The notes: generated by a model not told the origin, from the sequence alone. 30,348 nucleotides of DNA from a virus (IMGVR_UViG_3300025151_000183:1-30348); one strand, 5' to 3'; positions 14,018-25,488 are shown, numbered from the stretch's first letter. A program made the numbers and translations.

Positions 14018-16542
14018 TGCCCGCAGTAACTCAACTGACACCTAATTTTCTTGGTGGTGTCTCAAAACAAAATGACGACAAGAAACTAGAAGGTCAGGTA
14101 TCTGAGTGTATTAACGGGTATCCTGATCCCACCTACGGTCTACTGAAAAGACCGGGAATGAAGTTTATCGAACAACTTAAGGACTCTGGCGGTACACCGT
14201 TTAACAAGGCTGCTCTTGACGGTGCCGTCTGGTTCTCAATCGATAGAGGTGAAGCCACGTCTTATGTTGGTGCTATTAAAGGTACTAACATCTACATTTG
14301 GAAAAAAGATGGTACGTGGTGTACAGTTACCAACACTGGTACAAGCTATCTAACTGGTACTACTGCTAACGACTATCATTTCCGCAGTATCCAAGACGTT
14401 ACTGTTATTACTAACCGTACTGTCACCACTGCTATGCAAGCAGCTGGTACTTATGTAGCTGACTCTGTGGCTACTCTTAAGCTATTGACTCTTGTATCTA
14501 CGTATGACTACACTGTAACTATTCAAGGGATTGCTACTACTGTTACCGCACAGAATACGTCAACGTTTGATGATATGTTGCTGTACAACTCATCACATGT
14601 CAACACAAGCCATGATCTAGTAGACGCTATCAAAGCCACTATTGATGCACAGCACTCAGCTAGTAACGCTGACTTTGCAGGTACGTGGTGTCTTGAAGGT
14701 TACACTAACAGCCTTGTTATCAAACGGTTCAGTGGTACTAATCAGGTACTGACTGACTACCAAAACACTAACGGTACGTTTACTGGTACTCCTGTAGCAT
14801 TTACTATTGAAGCTAAAGGTGGTTTGAATAACGACTCTTTGGAAGTGTTTGAGGATGAAGTAACTGACGTTGCTAAACTACCTCTTGAATCCTTCCATGG
14901 TCATCACGTCACCATCCTTAACAGTGATTCTGCTGCTGATGATTACTACGTAGAGTATGTAGCTTACAACACTCAAAAGGGTAGGGGCTACTGGAAAGAG
15001 ACTAGGGCACGTGATGTGTCTCCTGGTATTAACGCAGCCACCATGCCGCATGAACTGGCGAACACTGGTGCAACTACGTTTACCTTTGGTCCACTTACTA
15101 CTGCACAACTCAAGGGTAGGGAAGCAGGTGATACTGTTACCAACCCTGACCCCTCATTTATTGGGAAAAAAATTACATCGACTTTCTTCTACAACAACCG
15201 TTTTGGTGTGTTGGCTGAAGACAATATCATCTTTGGTGTAGCTAACGACTCGTATAACTTCTTCTCGCGTTCAGCGTTGACTCAGGTTGACTCTGATCCT
15301 ATTGACTTGAACGTGTCTAGTGTGCGTCCTGTTAAACTGATTGACGTTCTGCCTTCACCCCAAGGTCTTACCTTGTTTAGTGAGCGCCAACAGTTCCAGG
15401 TGTTCTCCACTGACACCAGTATCCTGACTCCCAGCAGTTCGGTGGTACGTTCTATCTCTAACTATGAGATGGATCCTAACATCTCTCCTGTGGATGTTGG
15501 TACTAGTGCTATGTTCCTTAGCCAGGTGTCTAGCTACAGTAAGGTGTTCTCCATTCAACTACAAGACGTTGAACAGAACCCTGTTGTGGTTGACATCAGT
15601 AAGGCAGTGTTGGAGTGGATTCCTAACACTATTGATAACATTGTTGTTAGTCCTCAAAACTCTTTGGTCGTCCTTGTAGACCGTGGTTCATCGTACTTGT
15701 ACCTGTTCCGTTTCTACAACAATGGTCAAGAAAATCTATTCCAAGCATGGACGAAGTGGAAGCTGACTGGTACAATCCAAGACGCTACCATTCTAAACGA
15801 TGAAGTAGTGATCATTTCTCAACACGAGGATGAGTACACTATCCAAACCATTACACTCGATGAGCTGCCCACAGGAGCCGTCACAGCAACGTCTACTAGC
15901 ACGGACGGTAGTACATGCCTAGACTACGTTGCAAGGCCCACCAAGCCGCACTCAAGTGTCGATGCGGTGGTGTATGATGCTAACAATGACATCACTAAAA
16001 TCTATACACCCTACACTCCTATCTCTGCTACAGAAGCTACTGTGTTGCTAGTCAGTCCTGCTACGGATGAAGGTTACACTGTACAAGCTACTCCTAAAAT
16101 AGAGAGTGGCACTAACTATAAATACCTAGAAGCTCAAGGTGATCTTACCTCTTTTGCTAGCGGTATTGTTATTGGGTACAAGTATGAGTTTGAAGTGACT
16201 CTACCTACTTTCTACTTCAGAAGGAATGAGGCCACTACTGACTTTACCGCTAACCTCACTATCTCCAGGGTCAAAGTGTCAGCCGGTAGAACCGGTGCAC
16301 TGACGTTTAAGAGTCGTTTAGGTAGCAGCAGAGAGTGGACTGAGATTAAAGAAGTCACTGCTATAAATGACTACGGTGCTAATGATGTACCTGTAGAGCC
16401 TAACTTCTTATTTATCGTACCTATTCATCAACGTAATACTAATTTTGAACTTAAAGTGACAAGTGATTTTCCATACCCTGTATCGTTGGTGTCGATGATG
16501 TGGGAGGGTAACTATTCACCACGATTCTATAGGAGGGCTTAA
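14017..16542 (+). CDS. Tail tubular protein B (gp12-like)
   Basis: NFLGGVSKQ.D, GLLKRPG, PSFIG..I...FFYNNR, DSDPID, QAWTKW, WEGNY. Confidence 0.95.
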   Translation: MPAVTQLTPNFLGGVSKQNDDKKLEGQVSECINGYPDPTYGLLKRPGMKFIEQLKDSGGTPFNKAALDGAVWFSIDRGEATSYVGAIKGTNIYIWKKDGTWCTVTNTGTSYLTGTTANDYHFRSIQDVTVITNRTVTTAMQAAGTYVADSVATLKLLTLVSTYDYTVTIQGIATTVTAQNTSTFDDMLLYNSSHVNTSHDLVDAIKATIDAQHSASNADFAGTWCLEGYTNSLVIKRFSGTNQVLTDYQNTNGTFTGTPVAFTIEAKGGLNNDSLEVFEDEVTDVAKLPLESFHGHHVTILNSDSAADDYYVEYVAYNTQKGRGYWKETRARDVSPGINAATMPHELANTGATTFTFGPLTTAQLKGREAGDTVTNPDPSFIGKKITSTFFYNNRFGVLAEDNIIFGVANDSYNFFSRSALTQVDSDPIDLNVSSVRPVKLIDVLPSPQGLTLFSERQQFQVFSTDTSILTPSSSVVRSISNYEMDPNISPVDVGTSAMFLSQVSSYSKVFSIQLQDVEQNPVVVDISKAVLEWIPNTIDNIVVSPQNSLVVLVDRGSSYLYLFRFYNNGQENLFQAWTKWKLTGTIQDATILNDEVVIISQHEDEYTIQTITLDELPTGAVTATSTSTDGSTCLDYVARPTKPHSSVDAVVYDANNDITKIYTPYTPISATEATVLLVSPATDEGYTVQATPKIESGTNYKYLEAQGDLTSFASGIVIGYKYEFEVTLPTFYFRRNEATTDFTANLTISRVKVSAGRTGALTFKSRLGSSREWTEIKEVTAINDYGANDVPVEPNFLFIVPIHQRNTNFELKVTSDFPYPVSLVSMMWEGNYSPRFYRRA

Positions 16543-16544
16543 GG

Positions 16545-17540
16545 ATGGCTGCTGCTATTTTTGCTGGTATCAGTGCAGTTACGGCTATTGCCGGTGGTAT
16601 AAAAGGCGCTTCTGATGCTAGCAAGCAAAACCAAAAGGCCAGGGATCATCAATCCCGACAACAAGACCTTCTGAACAAACAAGCTAAACTTCAAAACGAA
16701 TACAACGAGGAGAAGTTTGAAGCTGATAAAGAAAACTACCGGAAAATAGCTGAGTACAATTTCCAAACTGCTGTTAAAAAATGGCAGTATGATATGACAA
16801 TTCGGGCTTTGCAAGAGAAGTCTGATGCTCAGCAGTATTTGATGAACGTTGAGAACTCTCAGAAGCAACTCACGTTTAACGAAATTGCTGACCAACAAGG
16901 TAGGTCACGAGAGCAGCTTATTCTAAATGATGCTCGCGCTGAAGATGCTTTTGAAAGACAAGATCTTTTGGTAGCCCAGCTTCAAGCTCAAGGTAAAGCA
17001 CGTCTTGGACAAGCCGGTAGGTCTATGGCTAAACGTGTTCAATCTAACGAAGCACAGATTGGTCGTGACCTTGCAGTTCTAGATGCAAGCCTGACAGGTG
17101 AAGTTAAAGCTTCAAACCTAAGAATGTTTGATATTAGCATGGGTAAGTTTGCTGCAGATGCTAGGGTCGAAGCTGCACGTATGCTACGTCCCGGTCGTCT
17201 TCCTGACATCCCTGCTCCTACTAAACCACCTGAGCCTACTTGGGTTGAGCCTATGCAAATCATTCCTGGTATGGCTAAACCTGCTGCTACTCAAAGTGTT
17301 GCTATGCCTTTGATTCAAGGGTTTAGTAAAGCTGCTAATAGTTTGGCTAGTATTGATTTCGGTAGTCCAAGTGATGGTGGTAAATTTACCACAGATAACT
17401 TTGCTCAAGGTGGAGGCGGTAATACCGCTGGATATTTCAACTCACAAATTGCTCCGTCAGCTTTCTCTGGGGGAAGTACTTTTAACCAAAGAGGTTTATT
17501 TGAACCTGTACGCACACCAGCTTTCCCAGGATTATCATAA
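16545..17540 (+). CDS. Internal virion protein (gp14-like)
   Basis: Position after gp12; hydrophobic Ala/Gly N-terminus followed by a Gln-rich helical region. Confidence 0.7.
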   Translation: MAAAIFAGISAVTAIAGGIKGASDASKQNQKARDHQSRQQDLLNKQAKLQNEYNEEKFEADKENYRKIAEYNFQTAVKKWQYDMTIRALQEKSDAQQYLMNVENSQKQLTFNEIADQQGRSREQLILNDARAEDAFERQDLLVAQLQAQGKARLGQAGRSMAKRVQSNEAQIGRDLAVLDASLTGEVKASNLRMFDISMGKFAADARVEAARMLRPGRLPDIPAPTKPPEPTWVEPMQIIPGMAKPAATQSVAMPLIQGFSKAANSLASIDFGSPSDGGKFTTDNFAQGGGGNTAGYFNSQIAPSAFSGGSTFNQRGLFEPVRTPAFPGLS

Positions 17541-20173
17541 TGGCAAAATTTAAAAGATCAATTCAGCCAGCTGGGTTCCGTCCTGAACAGGTATCTGAAA
17601 GGAATGTAAGTCAGCTTCAGGCATATTCAGATAGGCTTACTAATGCGTTGAGACAAGAGCGTGATGCTGTTGTATCTAACCGCAATGAAATTGCCAACTC
17701 GATGCAGACTAATGCCAAAATTGAGGCAGAGCAGGCATCGATTAATAAAAATGTTCAACAACAGAATTTAGATACTAAGTTAAAAGAACAGCAAGATTTG
17801 TCTGAACGTGCTCTAGAAGAGTACGATAATAAGACAAAGGTCAGTAAACAGCTGTTTACTACCGTTTCTGATCTTAGCCTGACTGCAGCTAAAAAACTAC
17901 GTAAGATTGAACTAGAACGTTTAAAAGAGCAAGATAAGGCTACGGCAGCTGAGATCATGATTATGGGTGACAACCACCCTGCAGTCAAAGCTCTCCGTGC
18001 TATTAAAACTGAAGTTAACGTAGAAGAACTTACTAGTAAAGTAAAGCTTGCTCAGGCACGTGCTCAAGGTGCTGACGATATTGATGTTGACCAGGCTATC
18101 TCTCAACTTAATGAGTTAGGTTATCAAAGTAAATCAGCTCTACTTAAATATATTGGTGGTAAGTGGGGTGGTCACCTCACTACTGCAATGAGTGACAAAA
18201 CTAAGAAATACACAAACCCTGAAACTGGTGAACAGTTCTCGGGTTTGGATGCTATGGGTAATCGTCAGTTAACACAGATTGTTGGTGCTGAAGAGTACGC
18301 TAACTTTGAAGCAATCAACGGTATTTCTGGTCAACTAGCTGCTCTTAAACAGGAGACAGGGTATCTTGATAGTATCTTTAATGTCACCCAGAATGCTGTT
18401 AACACTGCTGGTAGAAAACAGCATGAAAACTTTATTCAAGATGAACTGAGTAACATTGGGTTTAAGCTAGCTCAAGCTGGTGACAACCCTGAAGAAACTC
18501 GTACTATTATTGAGACAAACTTCCCAACTGTCCAAAGCTTAGTCGGCAATAAAGCTGCACAAGAGTGGATGCAGAAGATTGCTGAACAAAGCGATTCTGA
18601 TGGAAGACCTGTCTACAACACCGCTGGTATTTTCTCCGCACGTCTTGGTCCTAAAGGTGAGACGTGGGGTGAGTATTGGGAACCACGTAAAGAAGAAGCT
18701 GAAAAAGCTTTGGGTTCTGCTTTTACTACTGCTTATAGGCAACAAGAAAATATTAAGGACATCAATATTGAGAGATCCTATACTGAAAGTTTCCATTCTG
18801 GATTGCTACAGCAGCTTGCAGCTGGATCAGCTCAAGATGATTTGAGTATTTTAGCAACAGCTAAAACTGAACTTGTTAAAAAATATAATGGTGTTCTTCC
18901 ACGTAAATTTGTGGAACTTGAAAGGCGCATACTTGCTGAAGGCAAGGAAGAATCTCAACGTAGGTACGATATAATTACCGAAAAGATTCGGGTTGGTACT
19001 TCTACTCGTGGAGAGGTGTTGTCTATTGCTGATCCAGAACTCAGGGCCAAGGCACTTGAAGCCCATACTCAAGCTACTAAAGTGAGGAAGTATGGTGAAA
19101 ATTACGAAGCAACTTTTAAAAAGATTGATACGGCAGCAAAACAAGTAATGGGTGATTCACTTGAAGGCTCAGCTAGTTTTGAAGCATTCCGTCTCGGTCT
19201 TGTAATGAAAAGGCATTTTGCTGAAGATTACGAAACTGCTTTAAACGAAACTAATGATCCTGCAGCCGCTCTGCAAATAGCATCTGACAGATTAGAGGAG
19301 GAGAAAAAAGCCGCTATTCTTAATGAGGACAAGAATGCACGTTATCACAGCACCTCTGGTCCTAATAACGAAAAAGTATTTACACACATTGAAAACTTTA
19401 AAGTAAATACTGCTGCCCAAAAGGAGCAATCTATGAATACACTTATTGCTACGGTTGGTGCTCTCCAAGCAAGCGCTCTAGATTCACCTGGATTACTTGC
19501 TACAGACGATCAACTTAGAAAACTTTCTGAAGCAAATCGAGCGGGGTCAGTTCTTGTCTTTACTCCTGAGATCGATAAAACAGCAGAAATGCTGGGCATT
19601 ACTAAACTTGAAGCGGCTAATGCAGCTATCCTAGCTCGCAACAAAGTTAATGCAGATCAAATCCCTCCATTGATGCTTGATCCTGCACTTCAGGCTCTTA
19701 ATAATGCACGTCCTGAGACTCAAAAACTTTTCTTTGATAACCCTACTCCAACCACTGTGATGCGGGGTGCAGCTGAAATTGCCGGTGTCTCTGTTCTTAC
19801 AGATCCTCAATATATGAGATCTGCATATAAAATTAATACAGACGTAACTGGTGAAGGCTACACTATACAAGGTTTGAATGACGAGCAAGGTAGACCTGTT
19901 GTTATGAGTCAACCTGCAATCGCTGCGTTTGCACAAATGATTGAAGATTCTAACGGTGTTGTCAGAGCATCTGATATTACTAGTTCTCAGCGTAGTCAAG
20001 CACACAACACCCGTGTCGGTGGATCACCTACTAGTGCTCACATGACTGGAAATGCTGTGGATATTCACGGAAAGTCTAGGTTGTGGATGATTGAAAACGG
20101 TGCTAAATATGGCTGGGTTTTGATTGACTATAAGGGATCTCACGGCGGCCACTTTGAATACAGACCTAACTAA
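17540..20173 (+). CDS. Internal virion protein (gp15-like) with C-terminal M15-type zinc peptidase
   Basis: Position and size; C-terminus ITSSQRS..HN..VGG...SAHMTGNAVDI...WMIENGAKYGW...GHFEY. Confidence 0.8.
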   Translation: MAKFKRSIQPAGFRPEQVSERNVSQLQAYSDRLTNALRQERDAVVSNRNEIANSMQTNAKIEAEQASINKNVQQQNLDTKLKEQQDLSERALEEYDNKTKVSKQLFTTVSDLSLTAAKKLRKIELERLKEQDKATAAEIMIMGDNHPAVKALRAIKTEVNVEELTSKVKLAQARAQGADDIDVDQAISQLNELGYQSKSALLKYIGGKWGGHLTTAMSDKTKKYTNPETGEQFSGLDAMGNRQLTQIVGAEEYANFEAINGISGQLAALKQETGYLDSIFNVTQNAVNTAGRKQHENFIQDELSNIGFKLAQAGDNPEETRTIIETNFPTVQSLVGNKAAQEWMQKIAEQSDSDGRPVYNTAGIFSARLGPKGETWGEYWEPRKEEAEKALGSAFTTAYRQQENIKDINIERSYTESFHSGLLQQLAAGSAQDDLSILATAKTELVKKYNGVLPRKFVELERRILAEGKEESQRRYDIITEKIRVGTSTRGEVLSIADPELRAKALEAHTQATKVRKYGENYEATFKKIDTAAKQVMGDSLEGSASFEAFRLGLVMKRHFAEDYETALNETNDPAAALQIASDRLEEEKKAAILNEDKNARYHSTSGPNNEKVFTHIENFKVNTAAQKEQSMNTLIATVGALQASALDSPGLLATDDQLRKLSEANRAGSVLVFTPEIDKTAEMLGITKLEAANAAILARNKVNADQIPPLMLDPALQALNNARPETQKLFFDNPTPTTVMRGAAEIAGVSVLTDPQYMRSAYKINTDVTGEGYTIQGLNDEQGRPVVMSQPAIAAFAQMIEDSNGVVRASDITSSQRSQAHNTRVGGSPTSAHMTGNAVDIHGKSRLWMIENGAKYGWVLIDYKGSHGGHFEYRPN

Positions 20174-20181
20174 TTAAACTA

Positions 20182-23100
20182 ATGAGTAATTTGAGCTTCG
20201 GAGATCTTGAAGCGGATTACGTTCTAACTGATGAGGAAAAAGCTAACCTTCGTTCTGAAGAGTCTGTACAAGAGATTCAGGCAAAAGTTAAGGAAGAGCA
20301 AGCGGAGCGGCTAGCGCGTGATGCACAGCAACAAGCTGTGGAACAGGCTGAAGCAGCTCCCACACCTCAAGGGGAACAGCCTTCTACGGAAGGACAACAA
20401 CCGCAACAACAAGCTCCTGCTACTTCTACGGAAGAGCCTTTTGATCCTAGTAAAGATTACTCCTACTATGCCGCACGTGGTATGAGTAGGAAAGAGTGGA
20501 ACCGCCTACAACTTAGTGGTGGTGTTGACAGTGAGATGAAAGGATTCTCTGAAGATCCTCGCAGTGCTTTTGAATTAGCTACTGCAGTTCCTACAGGTTT
20601 ACTTGATTTTGGTGCTGATCTGGCTAACAGATTCTTACCTAAGAGTGCTTTCCAAATACCTAAACTTACTAAATACGAAAACGGTATTGCCCAAACAGTA
20701 CGTGATATTGCAGCAGTTGTAGGTCCTACGATGGGTCTGCAAAGCTTGGGTATGCGTGCTGGAGCTGCATTACAGACTCGTGTTGGTTGGCGTTTAGGTA
20801 ACACCGCTTTTATGCGGTTTCTTGGAGCCCGTGGTGTAGAAGCTGGAAGCAGTGTAGCCGTTGGTTCTGTTAGCGCCAACTATGAAGAAGGCGACAACTT
20901 AATGGGTAGTATTAAAAAAGCACTGCCTGCTCAATGGGACTATATTCCTGATAATTGGGCAACGCTTGATAGTAACAGCCCTGACGAAAACCGTCAAAAG
21001 ATGATTAATGAAGACCTGGCTTTAGGTTTCATTATTCCTTTTGTTAGGTTTGCTGGTAAGTTTGGGGAAAGTATTGGTGAAGTCCGTGATGTCTTTTCCA
21101 ACCCTCCTAAGCTTGTAGGTAAAACTAAAAAAGCTCAAGCCTACCTAGATGCTGCTGCTCCAGCTGCAGATGATGTAGATGACTTGACTAAATATGCTTT
21201 GGGACAGGAAGATGCACTAGATGAAATTGGTGCTTACAACCTCTCTCAAAATCCTAACATGGACGTAGCACTGAAAGGTGTTCACGATCTTTATGATTGG
21301 AATGAGATTGGTATGCGTACCGTTGATGATTTTGGTATCATCGGTGCTAGTGTGGATGCTGTCCGTATTGCTAAGAACTACGACACTGTCTATGGTCGCT
21401 TGCGCTCAGTTGCTAGTCCTCCGGCTATTAAATACGCTGGTACTAACCCAATGGGTGCTGAAGAAGTTACCTTAGGTCTGACTCAACAGCTTAAGGAGGC
21501 TGATGAGTATGGTATGCAAGCTAAGAACTGGTCTATCAGTTTTGATGATGTTGTCAAACAGGGTGATAATCTAGCCGTTGAGTTGTTTGACCCTTCGATG
21601 AGTGTTAAAGAACTGCGTGAAACGCTAGAGCCATTTATTGTTAAAACAAAGGATGGTGTAGAGTACGTTGCTGAAGATGGTTACGCTAAACTGTTTGAAG
21701 CAGTGGGGACTATGAGAAAAGAGTTTACTAGCATGGATATTGCTAGAACTCAAGGTTACCTTGCAACCTCTTTGGCTGGTGGTGTATCTGACCTTGCAGA
21801 AGGTATTCGTATCAATGCAGGTTCTAAGTCAATTGCTAATGCTCAAGAGCGTCTAAAAGAGAACTTGATGTTCTTGATGAAGCTGCAAGGTGTTAGCCGT
21901 TACTACGCTAATAAAAAGAAATCTACTAGAAATCTTTTCAAAAAACTTATTAGTAAAGGACAATCACCTAATAAGATAGAAGCTATTCAAGATGAACTTC
22001 CAGGAGTTCTTAATCAGGTTCAACGAGATGTCAACCTATTTGGGGATAGTCTCGACTACCTGATGAACGAGCATCCTAAAGTTGCTGATGCTTTGTTAGA
22101 ATTGTATGAGTTGACTGATGGACGTGTTAATAGCATCTCTCGTCTTAACGAAGAGGTGTTGAATGCCTTTACTCGCTGGCGTCCTTTGATTGATCGCAAT
22201 CCCGAAGCGCCAAACATTTTGGCACAGGCTGTTAAAGGCAATTATTATAACTCTATGTTGTCTTCTATTGACACTGGTCTGTCAGCCTTCTTTGGTAACA
22301 TCGGTGGTACTATTGCAGAACCAGTGGCTTATTTTGCCGGTGCTGTACTCCGCCGTGATTTAGATTCAATTCAACGTGGTTGGATGGCATACAGTGCTAT
22401 CAGTGATACTCAGCGTAAAGCCTTGCCTTATGCTGGAAAGATGTTTATGAAAGCATCCCAGAATCCCAACTCTGTTCAAAGCCAAACTCGTCTTGATCTG
22501 ATTGTTCAACAAGAGCAGAAAATTAATGCTTACAAAAAACTAGCTGAAGATGCAGCAGCTCAAGATAAGCATGGTTTGACTTACGTGATCAATTTCTATG
22601 AGGCTCAAAAGCACATGGAAGCTGATCCTGTATTCCGTTTCATTCCCAATACCTTTACTGGTATGGATGGATGGTCTAATGCAAGCCTGGCTAACGCTCA
22701 TGCTCGTTTCCGTGCTATGAGTGAGCTTAAGCGTCTTGGTAAAGAAGCTAAACGTGGTGACATCAAAAAGATTGCTGATGCAAATTACAACAGCATGTTT
22801 GATGAGAACGGACTTATTGCAGACGAAGCTGTTAAATATAATAACGCTGAAATTGCACTTAACCTTGACACTGAAATGGTTAAGGCATTGGATGAGTTTT
22901 TGCGGCACGTTCCAGCAGCTAGGATGTTCTTCCTGTTCCCCACTACAATGGCAAACGTTGTCAAATTGACTGACGACTATATGCCCTTGCCGTTTAAGAG
23001 TTTCCAAAAGGATATTCAAGATCTTGCATTTACCTCTGTTGATGATCTAGTGGCTAATCCTGAGTTGATGGATAGCCTACTAACTAATCGTGGGTTCAGT

Positions 23101-24231
23101 CCAAGTCAAATGGATGAAGGTCTCAAACTTGATACCATCATTGATTTGAAAAATAAAACTCTTGGTAAAAAAGCTATCGGCACATTCATCACTAGTACGC
23201 TTCTAACTGGCATGGTTATGGGTGCTATTAAAATGACTGGTGATGGTTTGTACGACAGGTCTGCTCAACGTTCTCGTGAACAAAATAGCGATTGGGAACG
23301 GCGAGTTTGGGAAGTTGGTGGTATACGTATTGGTTATGAAAAGATTCTCGGACCTGGACTTTCTAACTGGGTAGCTATGCTTGCTAACACAGCAGATAAC
23401 TTTGACATGCTGGGTGAAGCAATGACTGAGAATATGTTTGAAAAACTTGCATTTATTCTTGGTGGCTCCCTTACTGACCAAGCTTTGCTATCTAGTTTGA
23501 CACCTTTGGTTGAGCTAGCATCTGGTAATAGGTTTGCTGCTGAACGTTTTGCAGCTGGTCATATCAATGCACTTGGTCCTTTGGCTGGTCTTCGTAACCA
23601 AATGGGACGTACTTTGGATGGTGGTTTGAGAATTGTAGAGGAAGGTATCCTTTCTCACATTGCTAACCGTAACCAACTGGTTGGCATGTTTGATCCAGTT
23701 AACCGTTTGCCTGAACTTTACAACCCAGTTACAGGTAAAATCCCTAATAAGTACACTCTTCTTCAACGTCTTTACAACGCTGTTTCCCCCATCAAGATCT
23801 ACCCAGGACAAACAAAAGAAGAGAAATTCTTGCAAGACATCGAATTTGACATCTCCTCTTCGTTTAAAAAACGTGATGGTGTTGAACTTGAAAGCCCAGA
23901 GCGTTCTGAGTTGTTCCGATTAATGGGTGAACAAGAGTACTTTAAAAAACGTATCCGTTCCATCATGGGTACAGCAAAAGCACGTAACACTATTAATGAG
24001 TTGCGTGAAGCACGTCTACGTGGTGTTACGTCAGAGCAAACGTCTTTGGACCACTATGATCAGATTCATTATCTGCTCAGTGTTGCTTTACGTGAAGCAG
24101 AGCGTCAAGCCTATAATGAACTTAACGCTGACATGAAGAATGCTATTGAAGCACGAATTCTGGCAGCTAAACTGTCCAAAACTAAAGCTGAAATGGGCGT
24201 CATCCCTGAAGTTACTTCCATCCGTAAGTAA
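20182..24231 (+). CDS. Large internal virion protein (gp16-like)
   Basis: 1349 aa, helical, located between the gp15-like gene and the tail fibre. Confidence 0.8.
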   Translation: MSNLSFGDLEADYVLTDEEKANLRSEESVQEIQAKVKEEQAERLARDAQQQAVEQAEAAPTPQGEQPSTEGQQPQQQAPATSTEEPFDPSKDYSYYAARGMSRKEWNRLQLSGGVDSEMKGFSEDPRSAFELATAVPTGLLDFGADLANRFLPKSAFQIPKLTKYENGIAQTVRDIAAVVGPTMGLQSLGMRAGAALQTRVGWRLGNTAFMRFLGARGVEAGSSVAVGSVSANYEEGDNLMGSIKKALPAQWDYIPDNWATLDSNSPDENRQKMINEDLALGFIIPFVRFAGKFGESIGEVRDVFSNPPKLVGKTKKAQAYLDAAAPAADDVDDLTKYALGQEDALDEIGAYNLSQNPNMDVALKGVHDLYDWNEIGMRTVDDFGIIGASVDAVRIAKNYDTVYGRLRSVASPPAIKYAGTNPMGAEEVTLGLTQQLKEADEYGMQAKNWSISFDDVVKQGDNLAVELFDPSMSVKELRETLEPFIVKTKDGVEYVAEDGYAKLFEAVGTMRKEFTSMDIARTQGYLATSLAGGVSDLAEGIRINAGSKSIANAQERLKENLMFLMKLQGVSRYYANKKKSTRNLFKKLISKGQSPNKIEAIQDELPGVLNQVQRDVNLFGDSLDYLMNEHPKVADALLELYELTDGRVNSISRLNEEVLNAFTRWRPLIDRNPEAPNILAQAVKGNYYNSMLSSIDTGLSAFFGNIGGTIAEPVAYFAGAVLRRDLDSIQRGWMAYSAISDTQRKALPYAGKMFMKASQNPNSVQSQTRLDLIVQQEQKINAYKKLAEDAAAQDKHGLTYVINFYEAQKHMEADPVFRFIPNTFTGMDGWSNASLANAHARFRAMSELKRLGKEAKRGDIKKIADANYNSMFDENGLIADEAVKYNNAEIALNLDTEMVKALDEFLRHVPAARMFFLFPTTMANVVKLTDDYMPLPFKSFQKDIQDLAFTSVDDLVANPELMDSLLTNRGFSPSQMDEGLKLDTIIDLKNKTLGKKAIGTFITSTLLTGMVMGAIKMTGDGLYDRSAQRSREQNSDWERRVWEVGGIRIGYEKILGPGLSNWVAMLANTADNFDMLGEAMTENMFEKLAFILGGSLTDQALLSSLTPLVELASGNRFAAERFAAGHINALGPLAGLRNQMGRTLDGGLRIVEEGILSHIANRNQLVGMFDPVNRLPELYNPVTGKIPNKYTLLQRLYNAVSPIKIYPGQTKEEKFLQDIEFDISSSFKKRDGVELESPERSELFRLMGEQEYFKKRIRSIMGTAKARNTINELREARLRGVTSEQTSLDHYDQIHYLLSVALREAERQAYNELNADMKNAIEARILAAKLSKTKAEMGVIPEVTSIRK

Positions 24232-24250
24232 ACCTTAACAACCATAAACC

Positions 24251-25471
24251 ATGGCAACAACTGAAATTGAATACGTAGGGGTAGCCGATGGAGTCAATGG
24301 AACTAATACTGACTTCTCTTTTCCCTTTCCCTATCTAAAAATTGAACACGTTAAAGCTAGTATTAACGCTGTAGGTACTACTGCATTTACAATTGATCCT
24401 GCTAATCCTACTGTTGTAAGTTTTACTGTAGCACCTACTTCAGGAGCTACTGTACGGATTTTCCGTCAAACTCCTACTACATCAACACCTTCTGTTTTCT
24501 TCTCAGGTTCAGCTATTCGTTCAAGTGATTTGAATGATAACTTTGACCAAATCTTGTATATTATGCAAGAGAAGGAACAGGGTCTACAAGACATTATCCA
24601 AGGTGGTATTGCTGATGGTAGTGTCGGTACTGCTAAACTAGCTGATGATTCTGTTACGTCAGACAAACTGCGTGATGACGCCAGTACTGACGGTAACCGT
24701 GCAGTAACGACTAATCACATCCGTGATGGCGCAGTTACTACGTTGAAGATTGCAGCTGATGCAGTCACTATGGATAAACTCGGTGCTGGTGCACTTCCTA
24801 CTGACATTACTGTTGCAAGTGCAAACATTGTCGATGGTACCATTGTTAATGCTGATGTCAACGCTAGTGCTGCTATTGCTGGTACCAAAGTCTCTCCTGA
24901 TTTTGGTAGTCAGAACATTACTACAACAGGTACACTTACTGCAAAAGGTCTCAGCTATCCTACGACTGATGGAGCTGCAGACTCTGTATTGAAAACAGAT
25001 GGTTCCGGTAACCTAAGTTTTGGTACCCTTGGTGGTGTGCCAGCCGGTGCTGTGTTCTATTTCGCTGCTAACTCTGCTCCTAGTGGATACCTAGAAGCCA
25101 ACGGTGCTGCTATCAGCCGTACTACCTACTCTGCTCTGTTTGCTGTTGTAGGTACGACCTTTGGTGCTGGTGATGGTTCTAGTACCTTTAACTTGCCTGA
25201 CCTGCGTGGTGAATTCCTGCGTGGTTGGGATAACGGTAAAGGCACTGATAGTGGTCGTACCTTTGGTTCGTTCCAAGATCACCAACTGCAGCGGCACACT
25301 CATGGAGAGAAATACAACACACCCAGCACAGGTCAAGACGAAGCAGGTACTGGCTCAGGAGATAACGACTTTACCAGTGATAGACAAACGTCTGATTCTG
25401 GAACAACAGGTAACTTCGGTACTGAAACCCGTCCCCGCAACATCGCGTTGCTTCCTTGCATTAAAACCTAA
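24251..25471 (+). CDS. Tail fibre protein (gp17-like N-terminus, C-terminal tail-collar domain)
   Basis: FSFPFPYL...V, VRIFRQT, FFSGSAIRSSDLNDNFDQ; collar motif PAGAVFYFA...PSGYLEANG...YSALFAVVGTTFGAGDGSSTFNLPDLRGEFLRG; ETRPRNIALL. Confidence 0.92.
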   Translation: MATTEIEYVGVADGVNGTNTDFSFPFPYLKIEHVKASINAVGTTAFTIDPANPTVVSFTVAPTSGATVRIFRQTPTTSTPSVFFSGSAIRSSDLNDNFDQILYIMQEKEQGLQDIIQGGIADGSVGTAKLADDSVTSDKLRDDASTDGNRAVTTNHIRDGAVTTLKIAADAVTMDKLGAGALPTDITVASANIVDGTIVNADVNASAAIAGTKVSPDFGSQNITTTGTLTAKGLSYPTTDGAADSVLKTDGSGNLSFGTLGGVPAGAVFYFAANSAPSGYLEANGAAISRTTYSALFAVVGTTFGAGDGSSTFNLPDLRGEFLRGWDNGKGTDSGRTFGSFQDHQLQRHTHGEKYNTPSTGQDEAGTGSGDNDFTSDRQTSDSGTTGNFGTETRPRNIALLPCIKT

Positions 25472-25488
25472 CTCTTATTATTTGAACA

